This document shows positions 39,285-51,949 of a stretch of 64,000 nucleotides of DNA, in pieces. Within the stretch, counting starts at the first letter, position 1, and every line of letters starts with the position of its first letter. The translations under genes were made by a program, and so were the position numbers. Below the pieces are notes generated by a model. That model did not search any database. It saw only the letters and a program-made list of their open reading frames with translations, and had not been told where the DNA came from. Source of the DNA: Balanoglossus misakiensis (Eukaryota; Animalia; Hemichordata); assembly GCA_040954595.2 (NCBI GenBank), contig CM082581.2:4394699-4458698 (forward strand), read 5' to 3'.

Positions 39285-42200
39285 TGTCGGAAACACTTTA
39301 TTCTATTTGTAAAGAAACTAACTGTTCTGTCTAAAGATCTCTGAAAAGCATGCATACTAATTATATTTGACAATGCATCATCCTGGCTTTATATTTCAGT
39401 GTCCGACTTTTAGCGTAGCACATAAAAAGAGAAGAAAAAACTGTTTCAGCAACCTTCTGTACTGTCGTAGCCATAACGCTGTGGGACTCATGTTGAGATG
39501 CTTTACGACTTGACATATTGTATAAATGCATAAAGTACAGTTACAGGTAGTAAATGAAGACTAGCTGTACAAGAACTATTGACGTTCGTTCAGGAAATTA
39601 ACTATCGTTACGAGTTACAGCCGCTCACTTTTCGACTTATAGACAGGCCGCCTGCATATGTCAAACCAGAGTGACATTCTTGTCAATTAAACTAGACGTT
39701 TGCGGTATCATCTACATGTATTATTGTTAAAATAAGAATTGACAAATGAATACGGCTGAGGAATCTTCCCTTTCTTGTGTGTGGTCTCCTCCTCGTAAAC
39801 GGTACCGTTGTACGAACAAAGAATAATTTAAAACCCCTAGTTTGATAATGCAACAACCGGGCGTCCTGGATATCCGAGTACAACGGTCTATTTGTCAGTG
39901 ACACTTTCCCCGGCGTGTTGCAGCGCTCCGTCTTTTCGATATGTCATTATCGCTTTGTAACGTGTAACCACCTACTCTACTGGGTACAAGGCTTTCTTGC
40001 TTAATAACTATAATGGTGTCGGCAACTATTTGATGACACCATTTTCTTGCCCGATCAAGACATAACCAACAGTCTAGACTTAACCTGTTCACTAATAGAA
40101 CGAGCGATTTGAGAAAATTGCACAACAATTTTCGGCACCGGTGGCCACAATATATAACATAATGAGGAAAATGCAGGGGGCAATTGTCCTAGGGGGGGGG
40201 GGGTTTGTCTGGTCAGCAATTGTCCTCGGGGACATTTGTCGGCAGGGGGGAATTGTGCATGAGTAGTTGTGGCCTAGAACCCGTTTTAACAGAGCAATTT
40301 CAAACAAGTTTGAAATGTATCTAGGCTGGGTCGGGCTGTTGCTTTCATGCCTGAGCCAATGTGATCTTTTTTATTATGGACCCGACTGGTCTTCAGGCCA
40401 CATAGTTTAGACAACGCATGTCCATTGGATCGCACACAAAGCCAATCGGCCATACTTACTGGAAATGTGTTAAAGGGCTGCTCAACTACGAACAAAGCAC
40501 GTGTATTAACCTTTCAGAAAATTTACCACTTCAACTAAAGTAACGTATTTTAAAAGTTGTGTCATTTTCTCAACAAATGGAATTTTTTACGGACACATAC
40601 ATGTATGGCTGTCTGTTTTCTGTTGCCTGAAGAAGCGTTTACAGAGGCGTGTCAAACCTACCATAAATAACGAGCTATCCTAGCAGCATAATTCATTTGA
40701 TAGTTGGAGAAGGATTTTATTACGCCTAAATTGGGTAACTGAGTCTTCCTTTTTGACATACTAAAATGATTTAATTTGTTAGATGGCTAGCAACATCAAT
40801 GCACGACTCGCCTCCAAGTGATCACCGTATATCTTATTTGAAATGCATTTTCTTGATTAAAGGTCCCCGCAGGTGTTGATTATGTCATATGCATTGAGAA
40901 TCCAGTGATTTATTCCCTGATTTCAAGGACAATGCAGCAAGAAGGAAATGGAAATAACTTTCCATGAAGGCGTATACCAGATTTATGTCGTAGGCTAAAC
41001 GACTCCGGCAAGTCATATTAAGACATTCATACATATCTCACCGGCCAGCTTTCATTGTTCTTGAAAATTAGAACAGTGTCCTAAAATTTTCAGGGGTTTA
41101 TTTCTTTACGTAAACGAAGACCTACATGTATAGTTATTCATAATCACAGTGCTTTCACTACTCATTTTTGTTGGTCATATTGCATTCCAAGGAATGACAT
41201 ACATTGTACAGACAATGTGGGCGTCGAAGAACTTTACAGATTCCATGGAAACGGGTTTGAAAGTTATTTCAGGTGATTCTTCCCAACTTCAGTGCGATTT
41301 CGTTGAACTTGTCCAGTTTGAAACTTGCCATTAAACGATGCCGTGTCTTTCTGGACGAGTTTATTATTACCTAATGACATTCATATAACAAACAATGTTG
41401 TAAGAACTTTGTAATTGGAAAAGGGGTGTATTCCCGCACTTTCTAAATACATGAACCGCATGGGTTAGGCTTGTGACATGGGTCATATACTCTATAGCCT
41501 CCCCCCCCCCCCCAATGATTGCCTTAACGTATAGATATATCTACTAGTAAGAATACATTCATAATTTTAACATGGAGTTGTCAGTCTATGAAAAGAAATC
41601 AGTGTACAACTTTTATAGGGTAATTTTGCCTATGCCGTGTAAAAGATTATAGTGTATGCTATAGGAATGTGTGATAACGACATGCTCTAAATTTCCTTAT
41701 TCTTCTGGAGACAGTATCGGGTTAATGATTGCCAAAAAATCCCTCTGAGTTTGGAAATTGAATTTGGCAGCTGTTTACGAGGTACCGCGTGTCCCCCAAG
41801 AATGGATGTTTTACCATACTATGATTCCTGACACGTATGCAGCGTAATTCATACCCACGTGTTATCTATTTTCTGAGTGATTTCTACCCAGAAGACACGG
41901 CTCCCAACTATACACCACACATTTGTTTACCCATTGGCTAAAACATAAAATTGATTGAATCGGTATATTGAAAAATACTGCAGAAGCCAGCTTCCACTAT
42001 CTGCTGAGTGTAACAGACCAGGCCTGCTTCCAGCAGTGGTTGTGTTTGTGAATATTAATGGACGGCGAATATAGTACTGTATATTGCTTCTTGAAATTGC
42101 CTTTATATCTGAAGATATACGGAACCCTTTTTTCTTCTAAAATGGAATATTTCATGTATATACATGTATTATGACCATTTCATCTGCAAATTTGTCGATT

Positions 42201-43451
42201 GCAACTGCTATGTAAATACAACTATCTTTCTGCTATGTATATGACGCGCATACACGGGAGCTGAACGTTACATGAAGTGCACGCCCTCAGAAGGCATTCC
42301 TTTCGAATTACCCTCTTCGGTGAGCGTGATGGATACTGAGAAATGTTGGGTCTAGTTAAAATTTGAACAGCCGTGCAATATGCTGCCTCCGACCAGTTAT
42401 ATCAGCTCCAACGCATACGTTGTGTTGACAATGTACACGTCTCAATGACCAATTATCGCCGACTGACAGCAAAGTTAAACACATAAATATCCGGTTTCCC
42501 GGGCTTACATTTTCATTCGAGGTCCAGTGAGCGCTTTTTCGCAATTTGCGTCATATTCTCAGAATTGAGTGTCGGGTGAAGAGTAACCCGATCAATGTAA
42601 AGTTAGTTTATCTGCAACGCTGTTTCTGAAAACACGTCATGTCGTCAAATATTGTCTCAAAAACCTGGAAGCTATTCTGAGATGTAATTATCAATTACAC
42701 AATCGACACATGCCGTTCACTCGACGCCACGAGGCAAACTTCAAAATTTTTAGCCGACAGAACACACGACGTGTCCTGAACTAACGATAAACATTGACTT
42801 AGTTTGTCAAGTAGTTGACAAGGACAGGTTTTTCCAGGGTATTAAGACGCGAATGAAATTGTCACGGCTGATTTTCACGAGACTTGAAATGTACCCACCG
42901 GCATCAGAGGCTTGTTGTATTTAATGATGAACGTTCGAATACATGCGACGACATTTCCTTGGGAGAAATAGTCTGATAATTTCTTAATTTAATTTAGACA
43001 TTATACCCAGATTTTTTTTTTTTTTTTTTTTTTTGGGGGGGGGTCAAGTCAATTAATTCTTATAGTTCGGAATTTATAACCTTACGACGACAGAATCTTT
43101 CATTCAACGTACATTTCGTATTTTATCTCTTAGTCATAACTACTGAACGTATTCATTTATCAGTCAGGTATCACCGCCAATGTTGACATTTGTTGGTGTA
43201 TTCAGTAACATAATGAAACCCTTCATATGAACCAGGCAATGGATTTTAGCTGAACCGCAATTGGTCCGGGCTATAGCTACATGCAAATCAAACAAGGGGT
43301 TGAAGACGCACAAATGCCCCGCAACGAGTCTGTCTGGCGGGAGACTTGACCGGCAAACTCGCTCTCTTATTAGGCGTTCGATTCTATCGCCATGGCTACA
43401 AGGATGTGAGCATGCGCTGACTGGGATGAGATAAAACCCGACCAGAAACAA
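39285..43451 (-). pseudogene. Decayed TLR-like gene (unit 10)
   Basis: Signal-like FLVGFYLIPVSA followed by CSHPCS (ORF 43164-43451) and LRR SQNSFQVFETIFDDMTCFQK (~42682-42622). Downstream it carries the same LRR, LRRCT (ORF 39895-40128), TM and TIR remnants as unit 9. Confidence 0.68.
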
Positions 43452-43617
43452 TCACTTTGTCCTGGTGTACCTAACGTGTTGGATGCAACTTCCGCCCGGC
43501 TACGGTTGACTTCCCTGCATGAGATTGCCGTATTCGTGTAATTTCAAGTGCACAGGTACGAGCTCTTCAACTTTTGCCACCTATTCTCTTTCTCTAGACG
43601 CATATTCATTGATTCAG

Positions 43618-46600
43618 TCACGTTTTTTTATATTCACATAGCAAGGTATACAGCGGCGTGTATTCCTGTCTCGTAGGGACTAATTTGCAGAGAATACAAA
43701 TTGGTATACGTAATTGCTTACCATGCCACTTATCTGCCAGCGAGACTATTTTAAGTTGTTCATTATTGCATTTTAATGAGCTCATCAATGGAGATAATTG
43801 ATGGCCTGCATGAGAAGTCAATGGGTAAAATAGTTGTATTTTACATGAGCCGAGGTATTCGTATGCTGTGATTGAAACATCTCGCGTTTTGTACCCTATA
43901 AATTCTGCAAAGGCACGTAGGATGCTGTCTACGGTAGATGCATTGAGAGAAGCATACTGTACATGTATATACATATGACTATAGGCGTGTAGACATTTGG
44001 ATGCACGTTGGTGAGATTCATTTTAAACTTTTAAGATGCAACGTATTCGCCACTCACTGTTTACTGATAAAAATGACAATTTCCATTAATGATGCTTTGA
44101 CCATATAAAACAATATACATTTCCCTCAATCATTAACATTTCACATCACGAAAAATACATTTTATGATTACGTGGTACCGCAGCATTGAATGTGCGTGTC
44201 AAAAGGTAAGGCATGTAAATCGAGATGTCGGGTGACGTGGTTATTCAACAACGATGTGATTTATGTTAACCATTCTGATTTGAAAAATATTCCGCTAATG
44301 AAAATTACATGGTATCTATATTTAATGCGAGCACTTCCGAATTAATCATGACGGAGCACCGAGCGCAAAAACAGACGTATGTCTGTCACCTCGAAACAAT
44401 ATTCTTGTTAAAGCGTGTTTTCCGCTACCGACTAACAAAGTATCGAGAGCATTAGCTGATTAACGATGTAACGCGAGACGTGAGTTTCCTGGGGGGATTG
44501 ATGTCTTTTGCACGTCCTGTTGATGAGGTGATACACGAGCAGAAGACGGCAAACAAAGCGGGAGTTTCGGCGATGCGAGCACTTCCGAAGTAATCATGGG
44601 TCCTGGTCTGCGATTGCGTGGCTGATTAAAGAAGAGGGGTTTCATGCGGCACTCGGAAATGGGTTAATGATTATCGACGCCGACACCATAACATATATAT
44701 CAATAATCGGAATCATGTATGAATATAACACGTGATTGTATCTATATCATATTTTATTCATCAGCTTTGCACTTGTCTGCACGTGTGATCATTTTATCGT
44801 GAAATTGGATTGACTATTTATGTCTGCTCTGATATGTGCGGGTAGTTTGAAATACAAGACGCGACTCGGAATGTGTAGTAGGTGATGACGCCAAACACTA
44901 ATGAACACGTCATTGTCAATGCCACAGTCCCTGCTAGACTGATGAATGGAGAAAGCATTGGGGGGAATTCTATACATGTAAGATGTTCTCACAAAATGTT
45001 TAGCTCTACAAGTACAGCAAATAAGTTGGAAGCATAGTGGATTATGGACGTGCAGATTACAGCTAATTATTATTTCACAAGTTTGAACGCAGAGAGTTCA
45101 TTGCTCTCAGAGCAGTGTCTGTGGACTGTGAAAGGTATCCAGATAAAAAATCGCGACTGAATATAAAATGGCCGCGTGGCAGACATATTGGATCATATCG
45201 TTAAACAAATGAACGTGCATATGTACATGTACGTCACAGTAACCTGTCCACGTGTCAAACTCGGTCCAGGCATGTCGCTGAGTAATAGCTGTGGATAGGT
45301 GCACTCAGGCTGACGGACGTACGGAACTCACTCCATCCGTCCAGCGGACTTCGTCAGCGGGGGTTACCAACTGCTCAATGATTGCTACTATACAACCTAT
45401 CATAAGCACGGGATCACCGCGGATCAATTAAAAAGTGATCGACGTTACCTTGTCAAAGGCACATGCTCTTTACTATTTCGATGGTTGTCATAACACAGGC
45501 ATAAAAGCGTTGTCATTGATTTCCTTCCTACTCAATTCCTTTTAACCATATCCCCTGACATTTTGTAGATTCGTTGCCGCAGAGAGACACGGGCTTAAAC
45601 ACGGTTTATAACATGTTCAGGAAATCCGTACATAATATATCAATTCCATTGCTGTCCGTCAAATAGCAGCGATGGGAGAATTATTTACACCTTTACACAC
45701 ACCAATACATGTCAGCCTACGCACAGGACAACATAGCTTTGTCATTGTGCTTTTGTTAGTTACGCGTCCACAGGAATGCCATGGTAGTCTGTAGTCTTGC
45801 AGTCTGTCTACATGTACTTGTTTTAAGAACGAGATTTTTATATTAACAAGATTACCAGAAAATATGAATTGGTAAAGTACACACAGCGAAATATGCCATT
45901 TTCCACCCGATTGCAGTGAGTATAGGAAGTTAAGGAAACACCAAAATTAACGATGAAATTTGAAAACTTGTACTACATGTATATAGGCCTAAGCAAGAAA
46001 TTATGAAACTCTTAGTATGTACTCATTATACTTCATTTGCGCAATCGACTATTTCCCTGGACAAACCATTGGAAGTGATAAGGTCAAATCAACCCATGTG
46101 AAGTTGACATGATGCATGTGTCATGTTGACAATTAACGTTAATGGCAGTGAAGATGGTAATACACCACTTCTGGAAGTGATAATAGCTACTCTTTGCGTG
46201 AGCCAATCATAGTAATGAACTCTATATTCACTTTGGCGTCGGAGTTGTCTGTTTGGTGATCAATATCAAGGCGATGCCTTGCTTCCTGAAAGGACATGAA
46301 ATGTATTCACGGGATAAATTTGTACTCAGATTCGGGTCTTGAATTAATATCAATAGTAAATTGATTTCTTATAATGACGAATGTCTTAAGGAGCATAACT
46401 TTCTCTAACTTTAATGTGCCAATTTCCTTGTTTGGGTACTTCTACAACAGCTGAGTCAGGCATCTGATTCTTGCGGCCGTATTTTCAACAAATCGGGCAA
46501 GTTCGTTCTATTCATGGCCCTAACAGTTCTCTGCTGTACCTTTTGACCGCTCTCCGTTTCCATAAATATAACCAATTTCTGTGCATATATACAGATATAC

Positions 46601-46640
46601 AGAAAGATTACTATAGAGATTATAGGTACTGCGTGCATGG
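43618..46640 (-). pseudogene. Decayed TLR-like gene (unit 11)
   Basis: Signal-like IISIVIFLYICIYA (ORF 46456-46638). LRRs HVHLFNDMIQYVCHAAI (ORF 45107-45304), YRIPPNAFSIHQSSRDCGIDN and HHLLHIPSRVL (ORF 44789-44992). TIR-like VDSILRAFAEFIGYKTRDV...SCKIQLF (ORF 43618-43974). Confidence 0.5.
44266..44667. mobile_element. piggyBac-like non-autonomous element remnant
   Basis: Right end ...cggaaatggg|TTAA (44664-44667) and a degenerate left end TTAA|ccatt (44266). Internal 26-bp direct repeat at 44325-44350 and 44573-44598 with one mismatch. Confidence 0.45.
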
Positions 46641-46699
46641 GAACGTTGTTTGTTTTGTAAACCTCTCGTAAAATAGGTTCGTTGATATAAACTTAATTC

Positions 46700-49000
46700 G
46701 TGAGTCCAACATCTCGACTGCCAAATTCAAACTTCTGATCTGTTTTAACGTATAGCTGGATTTCCTCAAGTCTATTTCGAGAAAAAAACCCACTGCAAGT
46801 ATTCTCTATGGTTACCCGCTTTGTGCTTCATTGTGCATTCAGTCCGTGCCAATATGCTCACAGAACTATACAAAGCCGTTAATCGGATAAAAAGATCAGG
46901 CGGCTTCCATCGAAATATCTGTGCGCTCCCAAGTAACCTTGCGCACGCGTCACAGCCTAATTTGTGATTAGAAAATGCCCGGTGACCTACTGTGGAACGG
47001 ATTTCATCAACTCGCCCTTTTTCGCTCTTATATCTAATGAAAATGTTTCATTATTTTGATTACGTCGTGGAGTTAACAAACGACCAACAGACAGATGCCT
47101 TTCAGTTCAGTCAAATTGAAAAAAAATCAAGAGGTTCACATTGACTTCCTTGTATATAGTTGTCTACGTCATAAGGATAGTCTATAATAGCTATTCCTAA
47201 TTTACCAGGGCCACTGAGAATGGGATTAATTTACCATTTAGGTCCCAAGCTTACATATACTCAACCCCTGTTCACCGATTACGAGCAGGGTTCTGCTGTA
47301 ACGATATTGCGGAAAGCAAATTGATAAATCGTCACGGGTCTGCTTGGTTTCCCAAGCTGATGATTCTAGAACAACATGAACCATGAAATAAAAAGTTAGC
47401 TAAAGACTGACTCGAAACAAGAGAAAGGCGAACTGGGAGTCATAATTGAAAGGTCACGGTGGTCACGGTCATCGCTGGGATTGAGAAATCGGGTTATGCG
47501 CTGCTAATATAGGCCCCAACCGAAATGGATATAATAATCCGGCATACCATACCCAGTGCATTATGACCAATTTATGGGGAGTTTTGTTCATAAACAACAT
47601 TTCGTGAGATCAAGGAAACAATTTCGTACTATGTATGCTCATTATTTGGGTCTAGATTGATTCTATCAAATCTTCCATTAACTTCCGTTATATCGGTATG
47701 TGAATGAGCACTTCGTGGTGAAATCTTCTGCACAGAGAAATGGAGTTTGATTACATGCGTTTTATTGTAGTTCAAATTTGTAGCGGGAGATCAAATTATT
47801 TCTCCGTTTGGTCTATATATATAATATTTGGCATGTATTCGGTCGTTATTTAAGCCAATGAACTTTCCTTTCTATTATAGAGATGTATACTGGTAATTTC
47901 TTTAAGGCAACTCCGCGGGATTCAAATTGATATAGGCAGGGCTGTTTAAGGGAAATCACTGAAAATGCAACTTTTGTTGACGCGAAATCTTATACTACCA
48001 TAAAACTGAATAGTCTTGGGTTTGCACCGTTGGCAATGACGGCCCAGATAAATAAATGTGCACAGCTTAATTCAAAACATCTTCAGACTTAACACGCGAG
48101 ATATCGGTCAGATACCCCAGCAGGGATACACGGGTTGACACAGGTTTAGAAAAGAGTGACAAATATCCTTTATGAAAATCCGGGGGTTCAAGACAATATC
48201 CCATACTAAACGCTGCAGAATTTTTAGAAAAGAATGCTTATCTGTATTCTGACTTGTATAATTCACCAGAAGTCCGTCGGCCAAACTGATTGCAGGTCAG
48301 TAGATGTCGAGATTTTTAGAATCTTTTATTAATTGTCAGTCAACTTACAGTAGTATAAAACAGAAACGGTGAGATTTTGCACGTGCAGTCGTGCACGATT
48401 GGAACCTTGGCCAGAGAAAGAAACCAACAGTGCACACACCTTTCGACATAGCCTTAATGTAAAGGACATTTCTGTGATATGGAACTTCAGGGCAAGAAAG
48501 TATCGGTGATTTGAATGTCTGGCGCCATTTTGTTACGCCAGAGTTTCCCTATCTCTGCATTACGATAAGTATTTTACAGAATCCAGGTATAGAGATCCCC
48601 GACTGCCTGTGTTAAAATTTGTTGGAAGGAGGAACACATCATGACTTCTGGCATTTGTCGATACAACATGATAACACCAGATTCCTGCGTTGAATAGCAA
48701 GATTAGCACTGGTTGATAACATGAAAATGAACGTGCTTGTGCGAAGCCCTCAGAAATGAACCTGTTTGTATGGAGCACACAAGAGAAATGTGTTAATCAG
48801 TCTACGGTGGCATCTTCTAACAAGCTTGACATTGTTAGCTTTGATAGAATGTCAAATTTCGGTCCTCCGAAACTGAATACAGCCGCACAATGCCAAGAGT
48901 TCTTCCTTTATCTGACAGAGAGTCTTCAACAATTTCCTGTGTCTGATTTTTGCACTTAATTGTAACTATCAATCTGCTCGTGTCAACGGAGTGTCGAACC
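46700..49000 (-). pseudogene. Decayed LRR/TLR-like gene (unit 12)
   Basis: LRRNT IKCKNQTQEIVEDSLSDKGRTLGI (48960-48889). LRRs VLHTNRFISEGFAQARSF (ORF 48560-48778) and ITEVNGRFDRI (~47690-47660). LRRCT start ISLQQNP (~47305-47287). No TIR was confidently seen. Confidence 0.48.
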
Positions 49001-49029
49001 GTCTTTCTGACTTAATGTGCCGTCTACTC

Positions 49030-51880
49030 GGGCCCTGGAATAATGATGTGACAATTTGCGCCATGCCAAACGTTATCCACCTCTCGCATGTCTTGGCGCC
49101 GGGCAGACCAATTTACTGCTTTTGCCTTGCAAGTGTTGACATTAACTGTTGTAATTTCCGATGTCTATGAAACACCGAAGTTTCAGAGGACAAAAAGCTT
49201 CCAATTTCACTTCAGAAATACAATCGTTCCCTCTTGCGATATTTTCATCAGATTCCAGCTACAATTAACTGTTAATCACGTTTTATCTGAATCTGAGGTC
49301 TGGAAACGTAACGAACCGTTACGTGACTGCTTTACATTTTAATACATCAAATAAGACAGCTCGTTTCAGTAAATTTTCGGATTGTACAAGATCAGTGTAA
49401 CTTACCCCCTACTTTGCAGATTGTATTTTAATCTACAGCATGCAGCCATTGAAGCAATGGCTTTTTTCTGCCTTTCTTTAATTTCTCAATTGTGGCCTAC
49501 ATGAATGTTATACTCGGCGACCGCCAGATTAGTCTCATCTGGGGGCCGTAATGATGTCTTTGTTAAGTTTTCTCTGCCGTTCAGACTCCCTCGGAAGTCG
49601 GCGCTGAAACTATCATAAAACATGATATGAGAGAAAAAGACAAACTCTCATCATCTGAAGACCCACGTCTGCCACCGCGGTAGATACGATGAGGAAACTT
49701 AAGCACTGTCGCCTGGTTCACCGTCGTCATAAGACAGATTGCATTATGATGAAAATGAATGGGAGACTCATCGAAGCCACTGACCACGATTAACCAAGAT
49801 ATCCCCATAAAAAGAGTTGCGCAGTTATGTATCCATGTTGCCACCTTAACACTTCTCAACCCTTCAAATCATGATGGATGTTGCATCGATCACAAACAAC
49901 CTTCATGTGACCTCCTCCTTAAAAAAAACGAGAAAAACAGACTACGGATCTGAGAACACGTCACCCGGCGTAGGTAACCAGAGACCAGGTTATTTATCTG
50001 CCTTGATAAATCTGAATTAATCCTGGGGGTCTTAAAGCGATTTAGTTACAAGATTTATCAATCTAATATCTGACTATATGGTTCTGCCAGCCAGGGGAAA
50101 AAACAAAGCTTTACGTCAAACAGTTCCTGACTGAAAATTTCTGGGTGCTTAGCAATGTCATTTAAATTGATGCGATCTTGCAATCTCCGTCGGATCATAG
50201 GCCACGCATTTGTTTGTGAAATACATGTACTATTTTCGATGGTTCAAATTTAACTCTCAGAGGATAGTTTGTTTTCTGCCAAAAGACGCCAACTGTATAG
50301 GCACTCTGTGAGGGCATGACGTCATTTGGTTCTTAGTGCAATGTAAACTCCAGGGTTTTGGACGAAAGTAAACGTAAAACAAAACAATAAACACTGTAAT
50401 GATATGTCAGTTGAAATCATGAGTGTGGTGTGTTATCAAATGAATAGAACATTTTGTGAATGGAGAATATAATCTGCGTTTGAGTGAGACCAGTTCCAAT
50501 ATCACGGTGTATTAAATTGATTACATTGAATCTAGTTGAACTTATTATAAAGTCGTAATCGATGCACCTGTCATGATACGAGTATGTAAGATTAATACGT
50601 CGAGTACTCTAAGTAAACGAAGGGCACACGTGCAAATGAAATACATTGATTATCGCGTGTTTCCAATTGACATAAAAGACATTACCGAACATTTTCTTTA
50701 ACTGAACGAATTAATAAAAAAAAGGTTGTCCGACAAACTTGGAAAGTTTGTCTTTATGATTTAGAGCCCTTGAATATCTACTTCACCTTGCCTGTTGTAA
50801 GGAGAAAATGCTTTTTAATAATGATGTCAATGAAGTTATTCCAGTATTTAATTTCACTTCTACGTAATCAAATGGCCTTGTTGACTGATAATCGATGCAA
50901 TATCAATAACTGGCCTATACCAGCTGTTTAAGTTCACATTTCTTAGGCAATAATTACATGTAGCAATTTACTTGTGAGAATATTCACAATACAATATTGT
51001 TCGAAAGTGTTAAAGCATAATAGTTAGAATAAACACAGCTTAGAAGTGAAGTTGACACATGTTAACGTTTACCTGCAAAATTGGCAAAGGGAAGTATAGA
51101 TACCGATAGGTTATGCACTCGTATTTGCACGCGACAGCTTATAATGTCTTATCGATTTCTGCGTATGGTGTATGTGTCTCTTCGTGTATGTAACATACAT
51201 GTATGTGTCTGTCTGTGCCATCGATATCTCAAGTACTGATTATCAAATTGAAACCAAATCTGGTGGAAATCGCCAGATCAATGCTATTATGCCACTATTT
51301 CCCCAAAACATGAAATCACTTTTTGAGGAGCGTGACACAATGTATGATTAACTTTCCTATATGATTAATTACCAAGGTGAATGAAACTTGAGACAAGTAT
51401 TGATCTCAAATATCTGAATATACACTGGAATAATTTTCTCGGTTTTCAATATATACATTTTCAAAACACGGGAGCACATACGTGTACAGTTAATACAGTT
51501 TTATAACATTAACTCAGCAGTCATTACTTAGTATCTGTTAAACAATATTTCGCTGTTGAAATCATAAATTATCGATATTAACCCTTGCCTATGCAGTATG
51601 CCTATAATGTTTGGATCTCTGTAACTCTGGTGCAAATCGTGATGAAATACATTATATAATTGCATTTCCATGTTTAGAAAAACACAATTATTACCATTGC
51701 AGTACCAGCACTTAAAGGTTGTGAAGATGTTTATCAACAAATGTTCTGTTGACCTCTCTAATCTTGCAAAATTCACCTTGTTTGTAATGTTAATGAAAAC
51801 ATTCGTCGGCCGGTTGTAGATTTGGCTGAAGTCTGAATGTTTACAGATATCTTTATCTGATGGCATTTTACTATCACTTT
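49030..51880 (-). pseudogene. Decayed TLR-like gene (unit 13)
   Basis: LRRs SQIYNRPTNVFINITN, EHLLINIFTTF and NIIGILHRQGL (ORF 51528-51923). LRRCT LRSVKVATWIHNCATLFMGISWL...AICL and TM-like LSFSLISCFMIV (ORF 49581-49859). TIR-like KYNL/VSYTD (~49428-49390) and KTCERW (~49095-49078). Confidence 0.62.
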
Positions 51881-51949
51881 CCATCTTACAAAGAGGCTGC
51901 GTATTTTTAACAGTATTTAGCATTGTGAACGTTCATAATTTGGCTTATA

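Larger units (their letters stand above)
34237..42501 (+). repeat. Tandem segmental duplication, copy 2
   Basis: Matches copy 1 by eye except a G13 vs G12 run (31927 / 40192) and a C12 vs C13 run (33237 / 41501). Confidence 0.98.
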
